Source of the DNA: the human T2T-CHM13v2.0 reference genome, Homo sapiens | Length of the DNA: 64,000 bases | Strand: one strand, 5' to 3' | Assembly: GCF_009914755.1 (NCBI RefSeq) | Contig: NC_060927.1 | Notes under the pieces: generated by a model | What the model saw: only the letters and a program-made list of their open reading frames with translations | Told to the model about the DNA's origin: nothing | The model's database searches: none | In this document: positions 43,144 through 55,770 of the stretch, piece after piece | How the letters are laid out: the number at the start of each line of letters is the position of its first letter | Position numbering within the stretch: the stretch's first letter is position 1 | Made by a program: the position numbers and the translations under genes

Positions 43144-44520
43144 CCTGCATAAACACATCCTCAAGCTTGAAACTCAGAGAAGCCACGGCCGTGCTTACAC
43201 ACGTGCACAAACCCATATACCTTACAGAGTCAAGGGCTGTGATGAGGGGGTCCCCACCATTGCACACTTCCCTGTCCTCTGTCTGGGCTCAGAGTGAACA
43301 GGGGGTCACCTGGCATCCACGTCTAAGCTGGGCTTGGAGGTGTCCTAATGAAGCAGGATGCTGACCTGCACTTCCCCAGCTCAGCGGGGGCTGCAGCCAG
43401 GCCTAGCTTCCGGTCTCGGGCCTAGAACACACAGCACAGCCCCAGACCTTGGCAAGAAGTCTTCATCTCAAGGGCCACTGGCTCAGGACCTATTAGAAGC
43501 CCCACTTCTTTCCTCTGTTTCTGCTGCCATTGCCTCCATCTCTGACCCTGCCACCCAATCACTCTATAAACACAGCAGGTACTAGGGGTGGCTCTGGGCT
43601 CGGCACTAAAGACAATGCCCCTGGTAAAGCCTCAGTCTAGCAATGACAGTCAACAACGTATCAGCAACAGCCCTGACCCACATGTGCTGACTGCGCACAA
43701 GGGCGGCGCTGTGAACGTGCTCTCAACAGTGATCTCACTGAACCCTCATGGCAGCTCTAGGATGCAGACAGTAGCATCACATTATCCCCATTTTACTTAT
43801 GAGAAAACTGAGGCCTGAAGAAGGCAAACACAGGCCTAGGGATTTGCAGTAACATTGCCAGGAATGTTTGAGAAAGCAAACTTCTCCAGAGTGAAGCAGT
43901 CTGCCAAAGCTCAGAAGACAGAGTCCCTGTTAGCAGGCGCTGGGGGTACTGGGGACAGACAAGCGGGTAGGGGCTGGACCCCCCCAGGACACCAGGGTGC
44001 AGACTGGTGTGAGTAAAAGAAAGAGAGGCGGTCGTGCCATCATCTGCAGAAGATGATGTCTACAGAGGACAGTACCATGTGAGCCCTTGGGGAGCCGGAT
44101 GACTGGATGGAATTTTGCACAGGATGCAAATTAAGCACAGATCCCCCTCTGACCTAGACAGCCCACCTCCAGGAACATCTCACAGAAATGCACGCACAGA
44201 GCACCAAGTGATGTGTGCAAGGAAATTCATCAGAACACCGTCTGTGATTGGGAAAAGGCGGAAACCATCCAAAGACGTATCGGTGCGGGGCTGGTTAAAC
44301 GAAACGTGGTGCATCCACAAGTCAGAATAACTGCTGGGAGAAGAAGGTGGTACCCAGGTTCCAACATGAGACAATGTCAAAGACATGCTGCCTGAAAACC
44401 AGGCTTTCCAAAGAATAAATATAGCATTATTCCATTTTTATTTTTTTAAAAAGGTTACAATAAACACTTATGTGCAAATACATGTGTTTGCGTGCAAGGA
44501 GGGAAAAGGTGTGGACAGGA

Positions 44521-44805
44521 ACAGAAAACCAAACTCTGCGTGTTCTCACTTATAAGTGGGAGTTGAACAATGAGAACACATGGACACAGGGAGGGGAACA
44601 TCACACACCAGGGCCCATCGGGGGTTGGGGACAAGGGGAGGGAGAGCGTTAGGACAAATACCTAATGCATGCGGGGCTTAAAACCTAGATGACGGGTTGA
44701 TAGGTGCAGTAAACCACCATGGCACATGTATACCTATGTAACACACCTGCACGTTCAGCACATGTATCTCAGAACGTAGAATAAAAAATAAAAAGAAATC
44801 AAAGA
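44521..44805 (+). mobile_element. 5'-truncated L1PA 3' end inserted in an older L1M fragment
   Basis: gttctcacttataagtgggagttgaacaatgagaacacatggacac...; TSD aaaaggtgtgga(c/g)agg at 44504 and 44806. Confidence 0.9.
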
Positions 44806-44911
44806 AAAAGGTGTGGAGAGGTATACCCCAACCCTTCCCAGTGTTACCTCTGAGAAGTAAGATCAAGAAAATCAAATCAAGAGGAAGTTTTGTGTTTTGT
44901 TTCCTATATAA

Positions 44912-45260
44912 ATTTTTTATTTTTTTTATTTTTTTTTTGGAAACATTGTCTCGCTCTATTGCACAGGCTGGAGTCCAGGGACACAATCTCGGCTCACTGC
45001 AACCTCCTCCTCACTGCAACCTCCTCCTCACTGCAACCTCCTCCTCACTGCAACCTGCTCCTTCTGGGTTCAAGTGATTCTCTTGCCTCAGCCTCCCAAA
45101 TAACTAGGATTACAGGCACGCACCACCAAGCCCAGCTAATTTTGTATTTTTTGTAGAGACAGGGTTTCACTCTTTTGGCCACCTGGTCTTGAACTTCTGG
45201 CCTGCCCGCCTTGGCCTTCAAAACTGCTGGGATTACAGGTGTGAGCCACCATGTCTGGTC
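44912..45260 (-). mobile_element. AluS containing a 4 x 17-bp internal tandem repeat (44993-45060)
   Basis: ctcactgcaacctcctc x3 plus ctcactgcaacctgctc. Confidence 0.9.
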
Positions 45261-45755
45261 CGCATTGCTTGAATTCTTAGACCACATGGACCCTCTCATC
45301 TGGCCCAATTGCAAGAGTCCAAGGCAGGAAAGGCAGAAGACAGGGGCTTACCCCTCCATCAGGACAACATAGAACAGAGTCAAAAAAGAAAAACATGAAT
45401 GGGTCAGTCAAGAGGGCCGTGCACGTGCCCTCCCAGGCACCTACACCTTGCAACTTAAGCCGACAGGCTTTCAAGCCACAGAGTCTTCCTCCCCAGAGAC
45501 TAGCAAGGACACAAGCCCTGGCCAGGCCCCTCGAGGAGGATGGTCTGAGGGACAAGGTGGGGTGCACAGTCAGGGGTGGCAGGAGGAAAAGGGGACAGGA
45601 AGCCAAGGAAACTAGGGCACCCCATGCTTCCTGAAGGCCACCAGAACAGGGCGCCACACAGAGCCCCTGCATACCTATTTCTACAACAGCCTGAACACAA
45701 GGAAAAGGAAAACAAGGAAAATACACAAAGCCCCGACTCACCTGGAGCAGGTTAA

Positions 45756-46162
<407 letters not shown>

Positions 46163-46351
46163 CCTCTTGTCCTAACTCTGCCATCTCTTTGCAGTCTCCC
46201 CCAAGCAGCTTTTCCTGGGCCCGCCCTGCCCTCCTCCAGAGCTGCACTCTCAAACCACCCCCCAATGCCCCCTGGCCCTGGCTCCTGTCCCGGGGCTCTG
46301 ATCCTCAGCTGGTGAGGTCTAGAGGGTCAGAGGGAGCCAGACTCCCTAGAG

Positions 46352-46791
46352 AAGCTAAGGCAGGAGCCCTGTGCTTAGGCAGGAGCTCAGCTAAGCTCAG
46401 GCAGCTTAAGCTAAGCTCAGCTAAGCTCAGGCAGCTTAAGCTAAGCTCAGCTAAGCTCAGGCAGCTTAAGCTAAGCTCAGCTAAGCTCAGGCAGCTTAAG
46501 CTAAGCTCAGCTAAGCTCAGGCAGCTTAAGCTAAGCTAAGCTCAGGCAGCTTAAGCTAAGCTCAGCTAAGCTCAGGCAGCTTAAGCTAAGCTCAGCTAAG
46601 CTCAGGCAGCTTAAGCTAAGCTTAGCTCAGCTAAGCTCAGGCAGCTTAAGCTAAGCTTAGCTCAGCTAAGCTCAGGCAGCTTAAGCTAAGCTTAGCTAAG
46701 CTAAGCTAAGCTAAGGCAGCTTAAGCTAAGCTTAGCTAAGCTAAGCTAATCTTAGGCAGGAGGTAAGCTAAGCTAAGGCAGAAGCCCTGTG
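46352..46791. repeat. Minisatellite/VNTR of CTNAG pentamers (30-bp modal unit ctaagctcagctaagctcaggcagcttaag) bounded by 22-bp direct repeats
   Basis: 11 gcagcttaag punctuations; units of 25-40 bp; aagctaaggcag(g/a)agccctgtg at 46352-46373 and 46770-46791. Confidence 0.97.
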
Positions 46792-47529
46792 GGTAACCTG
46801 CCCCCTTCCAGCTGGGGCTGAATAGAAGGGGGAAAGGCTGCCCCCAGAATACAGGGCTCTCAGAGGCCCTGGGGATCTGTGCTGGCAGTCAGGAGGACTG
46901 TCACCTCAGCGCAGTTGCCTGCAAGGAGGGCTGTGCAGGAAGCTGCATATTGCTCAGAGAACAAAAAAAGGAAATTAAATGCACCATCTGGTTATTAGGA
47001 TGAGCTTTTGAGGCAGACACTTAAATATGCATGCCTAGACATTATAAAACTTGGGGGAAAAGTTAATTTCAGTAACGCCAGTTCTTGTGCTCGCAGAAAC
47101 CATTCTTTTATCTCCCTTCCTAGTAATCTGGGGGCTCCATCCCTCAGAGTGGCAGCGCCAAGACAGCTGGCCTCACTGGGTTTTGTAAGCTGTGCAAGGT
47201 GAGATCCCAAGCCCTTGCCTGGAGACCCATCTTAGGAAAATGTTAGAACAGGGCAACAAATTGCCATTTCTTCCCTCTTATCTCTTCCCCATACAAAAAT
47301 CAGAAAGCACCCTAGCCCAGTGCCCAGCCACAGTGGTGAGGAAACCCCACTCAAAATCCTGGGTTGTGCCCCTGACACCAAAGACCTGCAAAATTGGGAC
47401 TCACCTGCTGCAACCCTAGCCCAGACCTGTGTACATTTCAAGGGTGGCTGGACTCATGGCCGCCTGGGACATCAGGGTGGTACAAAGTCCTCTTAACCTA
47501 AGACTGTCGGGGTACAAGGATCAGCATTT

Positions 47530-47725
47530 TTTTTCCTTTTTCTTGAGGGCCAGATGGTAAATAGTTCAGCTTTGCAGGCCATAGGTCTCTGTCCCAACTA
47601 TTCAACTCTCCATTGTAGCAGGAAAGCAGCCACAGACAATATGCACTGAAATGGGTGTGGCTGTGTTCCAATAAATCTTTATTTGTATGAACAGGCAGGG
47701 GGCTGGTTCTGGCGTGTGGGCTACA
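47530..47725. mobile_element. MER58-type DNA transposon fragment
   Basis: gggccagatggtaaatagttcagctttgcaggccataggtctctgtc...gctgtgttccaataaa. Confidence 0.7.
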
Positions 47726-48134
47726 GCCTGCCTCCTCTGCTACAGCGTGATCTCCAAGGACCCATCCCTCTCGTAGACCAGCAGCTGGCACACAGGAGCT
47801 GCTCAGATACTTGAAGGAGGAATGGAGAAGGCAAACAGCCCCCAGTGCACAGACGTGAGGGTCTCCCAGCAGCACCATCCTTTGCCATCTCATGCCGAGG
47901 GACAAAGCCAGAGCAGGGCTCTCCACCAAGGCTGGGTTCTCCTCCAAGGAAATGTGATAACAGGACAGAAAGCATCGTGGAAGGATAGGGGCTTTGCAGT
48001 CCCACAAACCACAGTTTGCAAGACCAGGAGCAACCTGAACTTCCTTGCACACACCCTGGGTGGGTGCTGGAGCATCTAGACTTAGAGTGAATCTTTTCCC
48101 CCTCCTCCCCCAACTGGCCTCCATTACTCTTCCA

Positions 48135-48960
48135 GCAACAATGTGGTGTATGTACACAATGGAATACTATTCAGCCTTCAAAAAGAAGGAAATCCTGCCA
48201 TTTGAGACAACATGGATGAGCCTGGAGGATATTATGTTAAGTGAAATAAGCCAGGCACAGAACGACAAATACCACATGATCTCACCTATATGTGGAATCT
48301 AAGAAAGTTAAACTCGGCCAGGCACGGTGGCTCATGCCTGTAATCCCAGCACTTTGGGAGGCTGAGGCTGGCAGATTGCTTGAGCCCAGGAGTTCGAGAC
48401 CAGCCTGCATAACATACAAAGACCCCATCTCTACAAAAAAATACAAAAATTAGTGGAGCATGGTGGTGAGTGCCTATACTCCCAGATACTCAAGAGGCCA
48501 AATTAGGAGGATTGATTGAGCTTGGGAGGTCAAGGCTGCAGTGAGCCAAGATCACAACCCTGCTCTACAGCCTGGGCAATAGAATGAGATTGTCTCAAAA
48601 AAAAAAAGAAAGAAAAAGAAAAGAAAAAAGTTGAATTCACAGAAGCAGAGTAGAATGATGGTTGCCAGGGTGGGGAAGTGGGCAGATGCCAAAGGACACA
48701 GAATGTCATTTTTAGAGAAGAAGAATAAGTTCAGGATATCCATGGGGCAACATGGTACCTATAGTTAATAACAACATATCATACACTTGGAAATCACTAA
48801 GAGAGTAGATTTTTTAAGTGTTCTCACCACAAAAAAATAAGTCTGGGAGGTGATATGTTATTTAGCTTGATTTAGCCATTTTGTAATGTATACATACTTC
48901 AATCACATCATGTTGTATACCCTCTTGTACATAATTTTTGTCAATTCAATAAATTCAATA
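48135..48960 (+). mobile_element. L1M 3' end with an AluJ inserted at 48316-48630
   Basis: aatggaatactattcagcc, gtgaaataagccaggcacag, gttctcaccacaaaaaa. Confidence 0.8.
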
Positions 48961-49023
48961 ACTCCAAAAAACAAGATATTCTCTTTACAAAAATAATTAT
49001 TAAAAATAAAATTCAGAATTCTA

Positions 49024-49384
<361 letters not shown>

Positions 49385-49559
49385 TAAGTGGTAATTCTTC
49401 TAACATGTTTTGGTCAAAATAGTCTCCTTACCCATCCACAATTAAATGGTTAATTGACATTTGATTGGATTTTGATAAAGTTTTCAAATCATGATTGACT
49501 TTTCCAATGTACAGTAAAATGTGTTTGAAAATATTTCATAAAAATTAATATTTAAAAAT

Positions 49560-49763
49560 GGTCAGGCATGGTGGCTCATGCCTATAATCCCGCACTTTGG
49601 AGGCCAAGGTGGGCCGATCACTTGAGGTCAGGAGTTTGAGACCAGCCTGGCCAAACCTCATCTCTACTAAAAATACAAAATTAGTCAGGCATTGTGGCAC
49701 GCACCTGCATTCCCAGCTACTTGGGAGGCTGAGGCAGGAGAATCCCTTGAACCTGGGAGGTGG
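49560..49763 (+). mobile_element. 3'-truncated AluS
   Basis: Ends abruptly after aacctgggaggtgg. Confidence 0.85.
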
Positions 49764-51103
49764 GTTCCCCAGGCTTAGAGCAAAACCCCCATCTTGTCTG
49801 TCTCCACTCTCATCCCAGGCAATCGTGGTCATTTCCACAGCCTCAACCACTGTCTACCTGGGATGCCTCCCAAGCCCGAGTCTCCAGCCCAAACCTGCCT
49901 TCCTAGCCCCAGACCCATCTGTCCTGGCACACATTGCCCCCTGGGTCCCAAGCAACCTCAGCCAATGAGTCCAATGTCAACTTCCTGTCCTTGCCTGACA
50001 CTGCCAGCCCTGAGATCAGACTTGACCATTCACCTCCAGTACCTGAATAGGTCTATCAGTGCTTTGGAACATATCCCACAAACATTCCCCAAACCAGGCA
50101 CCGGACTCCACACATCAACACTGTCATGTGAGTCACCAGCATCCCTGGCAGGGACCCCTGTCCCAGCCTCCAATTCATCTCCTTCCTGTCCCTTGAGTTC
50201 TGTGTCACATTCCAGAGGCCACAAGAAGAAAAATGACCACCTTAATGAAATTAAAAGAATTGAGAAGACATTTCCCTATGGTCCAAAGTCTTTCCAACTG
50301 AGAAACACATATCAAGATCCAGCCTGCCAGCCCTGCGGTTAAATGTTCCTGAAATAATTAAAGCCCAGGACAACACAGCCCCCACTCCACAAGTACTCCC
50401 AGCACAGTAAGACTTGCTTCTCTGCAGGGGCTTGAAATGTCCAGTGTGTACCCTGCCTCTCTCTGTCATAGCTAACAGGAATGTGCTCCGTGTCTTCTTC
50501 CTGCTCAAAGTACCGTCTACCAACCTGCACAGGCAGCACTTTCAGCCGAGGGGGATGCGAGAACTTCCCACCATTTCCCACTTATGCACTGCATTCCTCA
50601 GGAACCTGCCTCACAAATTACAAGAGTGCCACGGCAGACACACCACGTTCCAGCGGGTGGCCATGTCTTCATGTCAGCTTGAAAGATCTTCGCCAGGGAA
50701 ATATCTATATCTCGGCAGAGAGAGCTTCAGCCTGTGTAGTCCAGCTGTGCTCAAATGGAAATCCAGAAACCCAGATCTTGGTCAAAACACCCTGTCTTGG
50801 AGAGCCGGCTCTGCAGGTCCCGAGCGTGGGAGTGAACTGGGTGGGCCACCTGCCCTGCCTGCCCACATCCCTGCCTCCTGGAATCCTGGACCCTGAGAAC
50901 AAGGGGGATGTGGTGGGGAACAGGCAAGTCTTGTGCAGGAAGCCAAGATGCCACCCAAATCCACTCTGCAGTATAGGTGGGTGATATTCTGGTCTGCACC
51001 ACACCAGCGCATGAGGGGATGGAGGATGGAGTCTAGACAAGCCAAATGTAAAAAGATATTGCCCAAGTATTTTGTGCTTTGTCTGTGTTACAATGCTATG
51101 CCT

Positions 51104-51468
<365 letters not shown>

Positions 51469-51621
51469 CTATGAAAGTGTATCTCGTTTATCTCCATTTT
51501 ATAGATGAGAAAACTGAGGCCCCTGGAGTAGTATTAATTTTCCAAGACCGCATTGCTCATAAAGGGTACAGCAGGGACCCAAGCTCAACACTCTCACTCT
51601 CAAACATTTCCACAAGTGTAG

Positions 51622-51856
51622 ACCAATGGCTCTCAACTGGGGTGGTTTTGCTCACGTACAACTCCCTTGCTCCATGATATTTGAAACCGTCTGGAGACAT
51701 CTGGGGTAGCCATAGCTGGGAGGGTAGAATGGCACCTAGAAGATGGAGACCAGAGATGCTGCTAACCATCCTACAATACACAGGACAGCCTCACCACCAC
51801 CACCACGAATGGTCTGACCCCAAATGTTGTGACTGTGCTAAAGCTGAGAAACCCAG
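51622..51856 (+). mobile_element. MER20-like element
   Basis: gctctcaactggggtggttttgc...ctggagacat...gctaaagctgagaaaccc. Confidence 0.65.
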
Positions 51857-53152
51857 GTTTCTCCTCAGCAAGAAGGGAAAATACCTGCAACATGGATGCA
51901 CCTCTACAGGAGCCCCAGGCTGACAATAACCATCCTGATCTGGTTTCAACCCTGGATGCTTTTACCTGGTGCGTCCATCGGGGATTTCAGGGACTCCAAC
52001 GAGTTACCCTTGAATGCTCGGTTCCGCCTGACAACCCAGAAATCTCTGCCGAGGTGCCTGGTCTTGAGGAAGGCTCAGCAATGGTTGAGGTTGATAACCA
52101 AATACCTAGGAGAGACTTTTCTCTCCCTCCAGGAGGAGCTGTGGGTCAGACACACCCTGGGATCATTCACAAGCGGTCAATAAAGGCTTGGGAAGGGCCA
52201 GGTTTTCTAGGCCTTTTCAATGGGGTGGGTGTTTGTGGATACACAAGAAGCCTGTGAAACTTCTGATATTGGCAGGAAATCAACACCCCCCACCCTCCAC
52301 ACTCCACCCCCCCCACCTCCCCACCATAAACACATGCCCTGCAGCAGGACTTGGCACTCAGGGGCTCCTGGGGGCCTGATTTACCTGTTAAAACATCCTC
52401 TAGCCACCAGCGAATAAAGCAACCCCTTGCCACCCAACCACAAGATCACAGCCTGGGAGCCACTCCAAGGGACATCCAGTCACATTAAAACCTCAGCCAT
52501 CCAGAGCACCAGGCCTGGGGATGAGAAAGAACATTTTATCCTTAAAAGCATCTGAATGCCCATGCTGCTTCTTGCAAAGAAAAGTCCAAAATAATCTATT
52601 AAAGAACGAGGATGGTTTCGACATTTTTACCAAGTTAATGGTCTACGCAGAAAAATCTCATAAAAGGGCACTCTGTTCTTCTTGATCCACTCAGACATGG
52701 CCTGTGAGTGAAGAAACAGGCTCTCCTCCTCAAAGAAACGGCTGCTGATCCTCACACCAGCCTGACACTGCTTCATGGGTTCTTCAAAGAGAGTATTCCC
52801 ATAGAAACTAAAAGGGAAGAGGAATGTGTCTGGCGGGCATTGTGGGCAGCAGTGGGCTTTGGGCCAAATTTTAAATTTGAAAATCAAGATTCCCTCTTTT
52901 CGAGCGGCTGCTGGACGAGCAGATACAGACACCGTGAAAAGAGGGTGCCATATTCAGATTCAGGAAACAAGGATGGTTTCTGTTCAGTTCCTGCATCATC
53001 CTTCAGGTCATGCGATTCCCATTTCCCTCTGTGGACCAAGAAATTCAGTGGGGTTTCTGCCTTTTAAATATTTCATTATCAATATGTCATTCTTTCAGCC
53101 TCCAGAAAGCATTTTAACATGGAGATTCTGGCTTAAGACACTTGTGGGTCTG

Positions 53153-53441
53153 TCTCTCTCTCTCTCTCTTTTCCTTGAAACAGGGTCTCACTTTGCCACT
53201 TAGGCTGGAGTGCAGTGGCATGATCACAGCTCACTGCAGCTGGACCTTCCAGGCTCTAGCAATCCTCCCACCTCAGCCTCCCAAGTACTTGGGATTACAG
53301 GCACACACCACCATACCTGGCTTTTTTTTTTTTTTTTTTTTTTTTGGTAGATATGAGGCTTCACCACGTTGCCCAGGCTGGTCTTAAACTCCTGGGCTCT
53401 CAAAGTTCTGGGATTATTGGCTTGAGCCACCACACCCAGCC
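53153..53441 (-). mobile_element. AluJ with internal deletion
   Basis: gatcacagctcactgcagc, aactcctgggctc. Confidence 0.88.
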
Positions 53442-54699
53442 AAGAACCTTGTCTCTTGTGATGCACCCCAGAACAAAACTTCACTGCAAAAACAAACCAA
53501 GGCATGAGTTTCAGTCCTAAGTCCCATTTATCCACCATACACTATGTGCCAGGCACAATGCTAAGTGCTTCTATGGACGAGCTTCCCTTAATCTCATCAG
53601 TAACAAACCCAGGCAATGGGGCCTGTTGACCGATCCATCTGCCACTGAAGACAGTAAGGCTCAGAGAGGGTAAGTGGCTTGTGCCATGTCAGCCAGCTAA
53701 GGAGGGGCAGAACCGGGATGCAAACCCCAGCCGCCTGGTTCCAGACTCGCGTTCCCAAGGTCCCACTACACTTGGTCACTCCACTGCATTCTGGTATCCT
53801 GGTCTTTGGCAGTGTCCACGTAAAAGAGGGAGGTAGAGAGAGTGAGAGGGACTTCAGGCAATAAAGTTTTCCAGCGTTACACTGCCACCGTAATTGTGTC
53901 CCCGACCAGGACCTCTCCCTTCTCATCCTTTCCGTGATCGGCCCTGGAAAACCTTCCAGAGAACTGTCCTCCTTCTCCCGGGATCTCAGAGAAAATTCAC
54001 CTGAGTTCAGTGTCCAGGTGACCCAAGCTCTGAATGCAGTAAAGTGCACGGGGAGATGAGGATGTCACCATGAGCAAGCCTCCCAGAGAGCATCCAGGGG
54101 CAACCCCAAGACTGGGCAGCGGGGGCTCTGATGCAGCCCATGGCGAAGAGGGCTGCCCGTGCTGCTTCAATGGGTTCAGAATGAAGGCCGCCCTCTCTCC
54201 CATGTGGGGCTCATTAACCACGAATCAAATTATTAAGACGAGCTCAGCTGAGCAAATGGTCAAACATAAAAACATGTGGAAGGAACAAAGAGGTCAATCC
54301 CATTATCCATCAAAAACCATCAAGGTGGCGGCCCTCACTGAGGGGTACAGCTCTCCAGTGGGCCCTCATCTGCCCTCCAAACCCACGTGCCTCCCACTGG
54401 AAGGCCAGCAAAGCCACACAGGAAGAGTTGGGGTAGGAAAGCAGAAAGTGAACCCCAGGAGGACAGGCTGACCACAGAGCCCCATCGCACACACACAGGC
54501 CCGGTGACTCAGGGGCCCACGTGTGCAAGACACCGGGAGCTCACAGGGACAGCGCCCCGGGGGATGCAAGGAACTTTGCCTCTCTGTCCCTCTCTGTAGG
54601 GATGGAAAGAGGAGAGCGATTTTTGGGATGGAAGCCATCTGCCTCCTCTCAACTCTCGCTGCTCAACAAGAAAGGGAAGAAAAACAGGAAGATGCGGGG

Positions 54700-55770
54700 C
54701 AGGTGAGGAGCTGGGTGAGCGCCGCCAGCCCGCAGCCCAGCAGAGCAGGGCTTGGCCAAGCCTGGCGCCAGGGACTTTCCCCCTACCCCCACCACAAGCC
54801 CCTCGCCAGGTGAGAGGCACCGACAGAGTCCCAGACAGATGACCCAGACAGGATGCCCAGAGCAACCCCCGCCCCTTCCCCTGCTGGGGGCCCCCAGGAC
54901 GCGGGGCTCCCCCTCCCCTTTTGGCTAGCCGCAGAGTCCAGCTGGTCTCCCGGCCAGGGACGTCGTGGGAGAATCAGGAAGTCGAAGCCACACAGCCGAG
55001 AAGGGACAGCTGACATCTCGGAGGCCGTCACGAGCTGTCACTCCGCGCCCGCCGGAGTTGCCGCTCAGTTACCAACTTCAACCCGGGGCCGGCCACGGAG
55101 CCTCCCGCCGCCCCTACCCCGCGTCCCCAGCACCCCCGCGCCCCCGGCACCCCCGGACCCCTGCGCCCGCGTCACTTACTCCTCTGCCGTCGCCACCTGT
55201 CTGGGTGCCGGTCTCCTCCCTGCCCGGCCGCGGCGCGTCCTCTCCGTCCTCGCAGTCCTCGGGCTGTGCCCTTCCCCCCTCCCTCCAGCAACAGCCGCAG
55301 CCTCTTCTCCTCGGGAGGGACGTCGTCCTCCTCCCTCCTGGGCCGGCCATCCCTGCCTCGGGTCTTGCCAGTGGCTTCGGAGCTGCCGGAAGGACTGGCC
55401 ATGGCTCCGGGGGCTCTGCCTGCACTTGGGGAAGAGGAAGGACCCGGCGCGAGCGGCCTCTCGGCTGAGCTGGGGCATCTGAGCGCGGGCTCGGTGGGTC
55501 CGCGCGGCGCGGAGCTGGGCATCGGGGCCGGCGCGGGCTCCTCCGCGGGCCGCTCCTGGCTCTCTGGCGCCCTCTGCTGGCCGCTCGCGCGCACCGCGGA
55601 CACGCCGTGCCAGGGCCTGCGCCGCGCTCACCTGCCCGGCCTAGGCGGTCGCTGTCCCCTGCCCGTGGCCAGGCCCGCTCCGGCCAAGCCTTGCACCTCC
55701 TCCCCGCCCCAGCCAGGTTGCACCCCGATGGTCTCCCTGCCCAAGGAGGAGAGAGGAGAAGGGACGCCCC
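54700..55770. promoter_or_regulatory. CpG island and likely minus-strand promoter
   Basis: Very GC-rich with abundant undecayed CpG (gccggcgcggg, cgcgcgcaccgcgg) against a CpG-depleted background. Confidence 0.9.
55565..55582 (-). promoter_or_regulatory. Consensus-like CTCF motif GGCCAGCAGAGGGCGCCA
   Basis: Matches the CC(A/G)(C/G)(C/T)AG(A/G)(G/T)GGCG core; occupancy cannot be tested from sequence. Confidence 0.6.

Noticed and set aside
46384-46770. CRISPR-like array
   Set aside because: Tandem units with no unique spacers, primate context and no cas genes
53880-54000. Additional minus-strand exon (GGQFSGRFSRADHGKDEKGEVLVGDTI)
   Set aside because: Weak polypyrimidine tract and no clear phase fit to the exon chain; not supportable without transcript data
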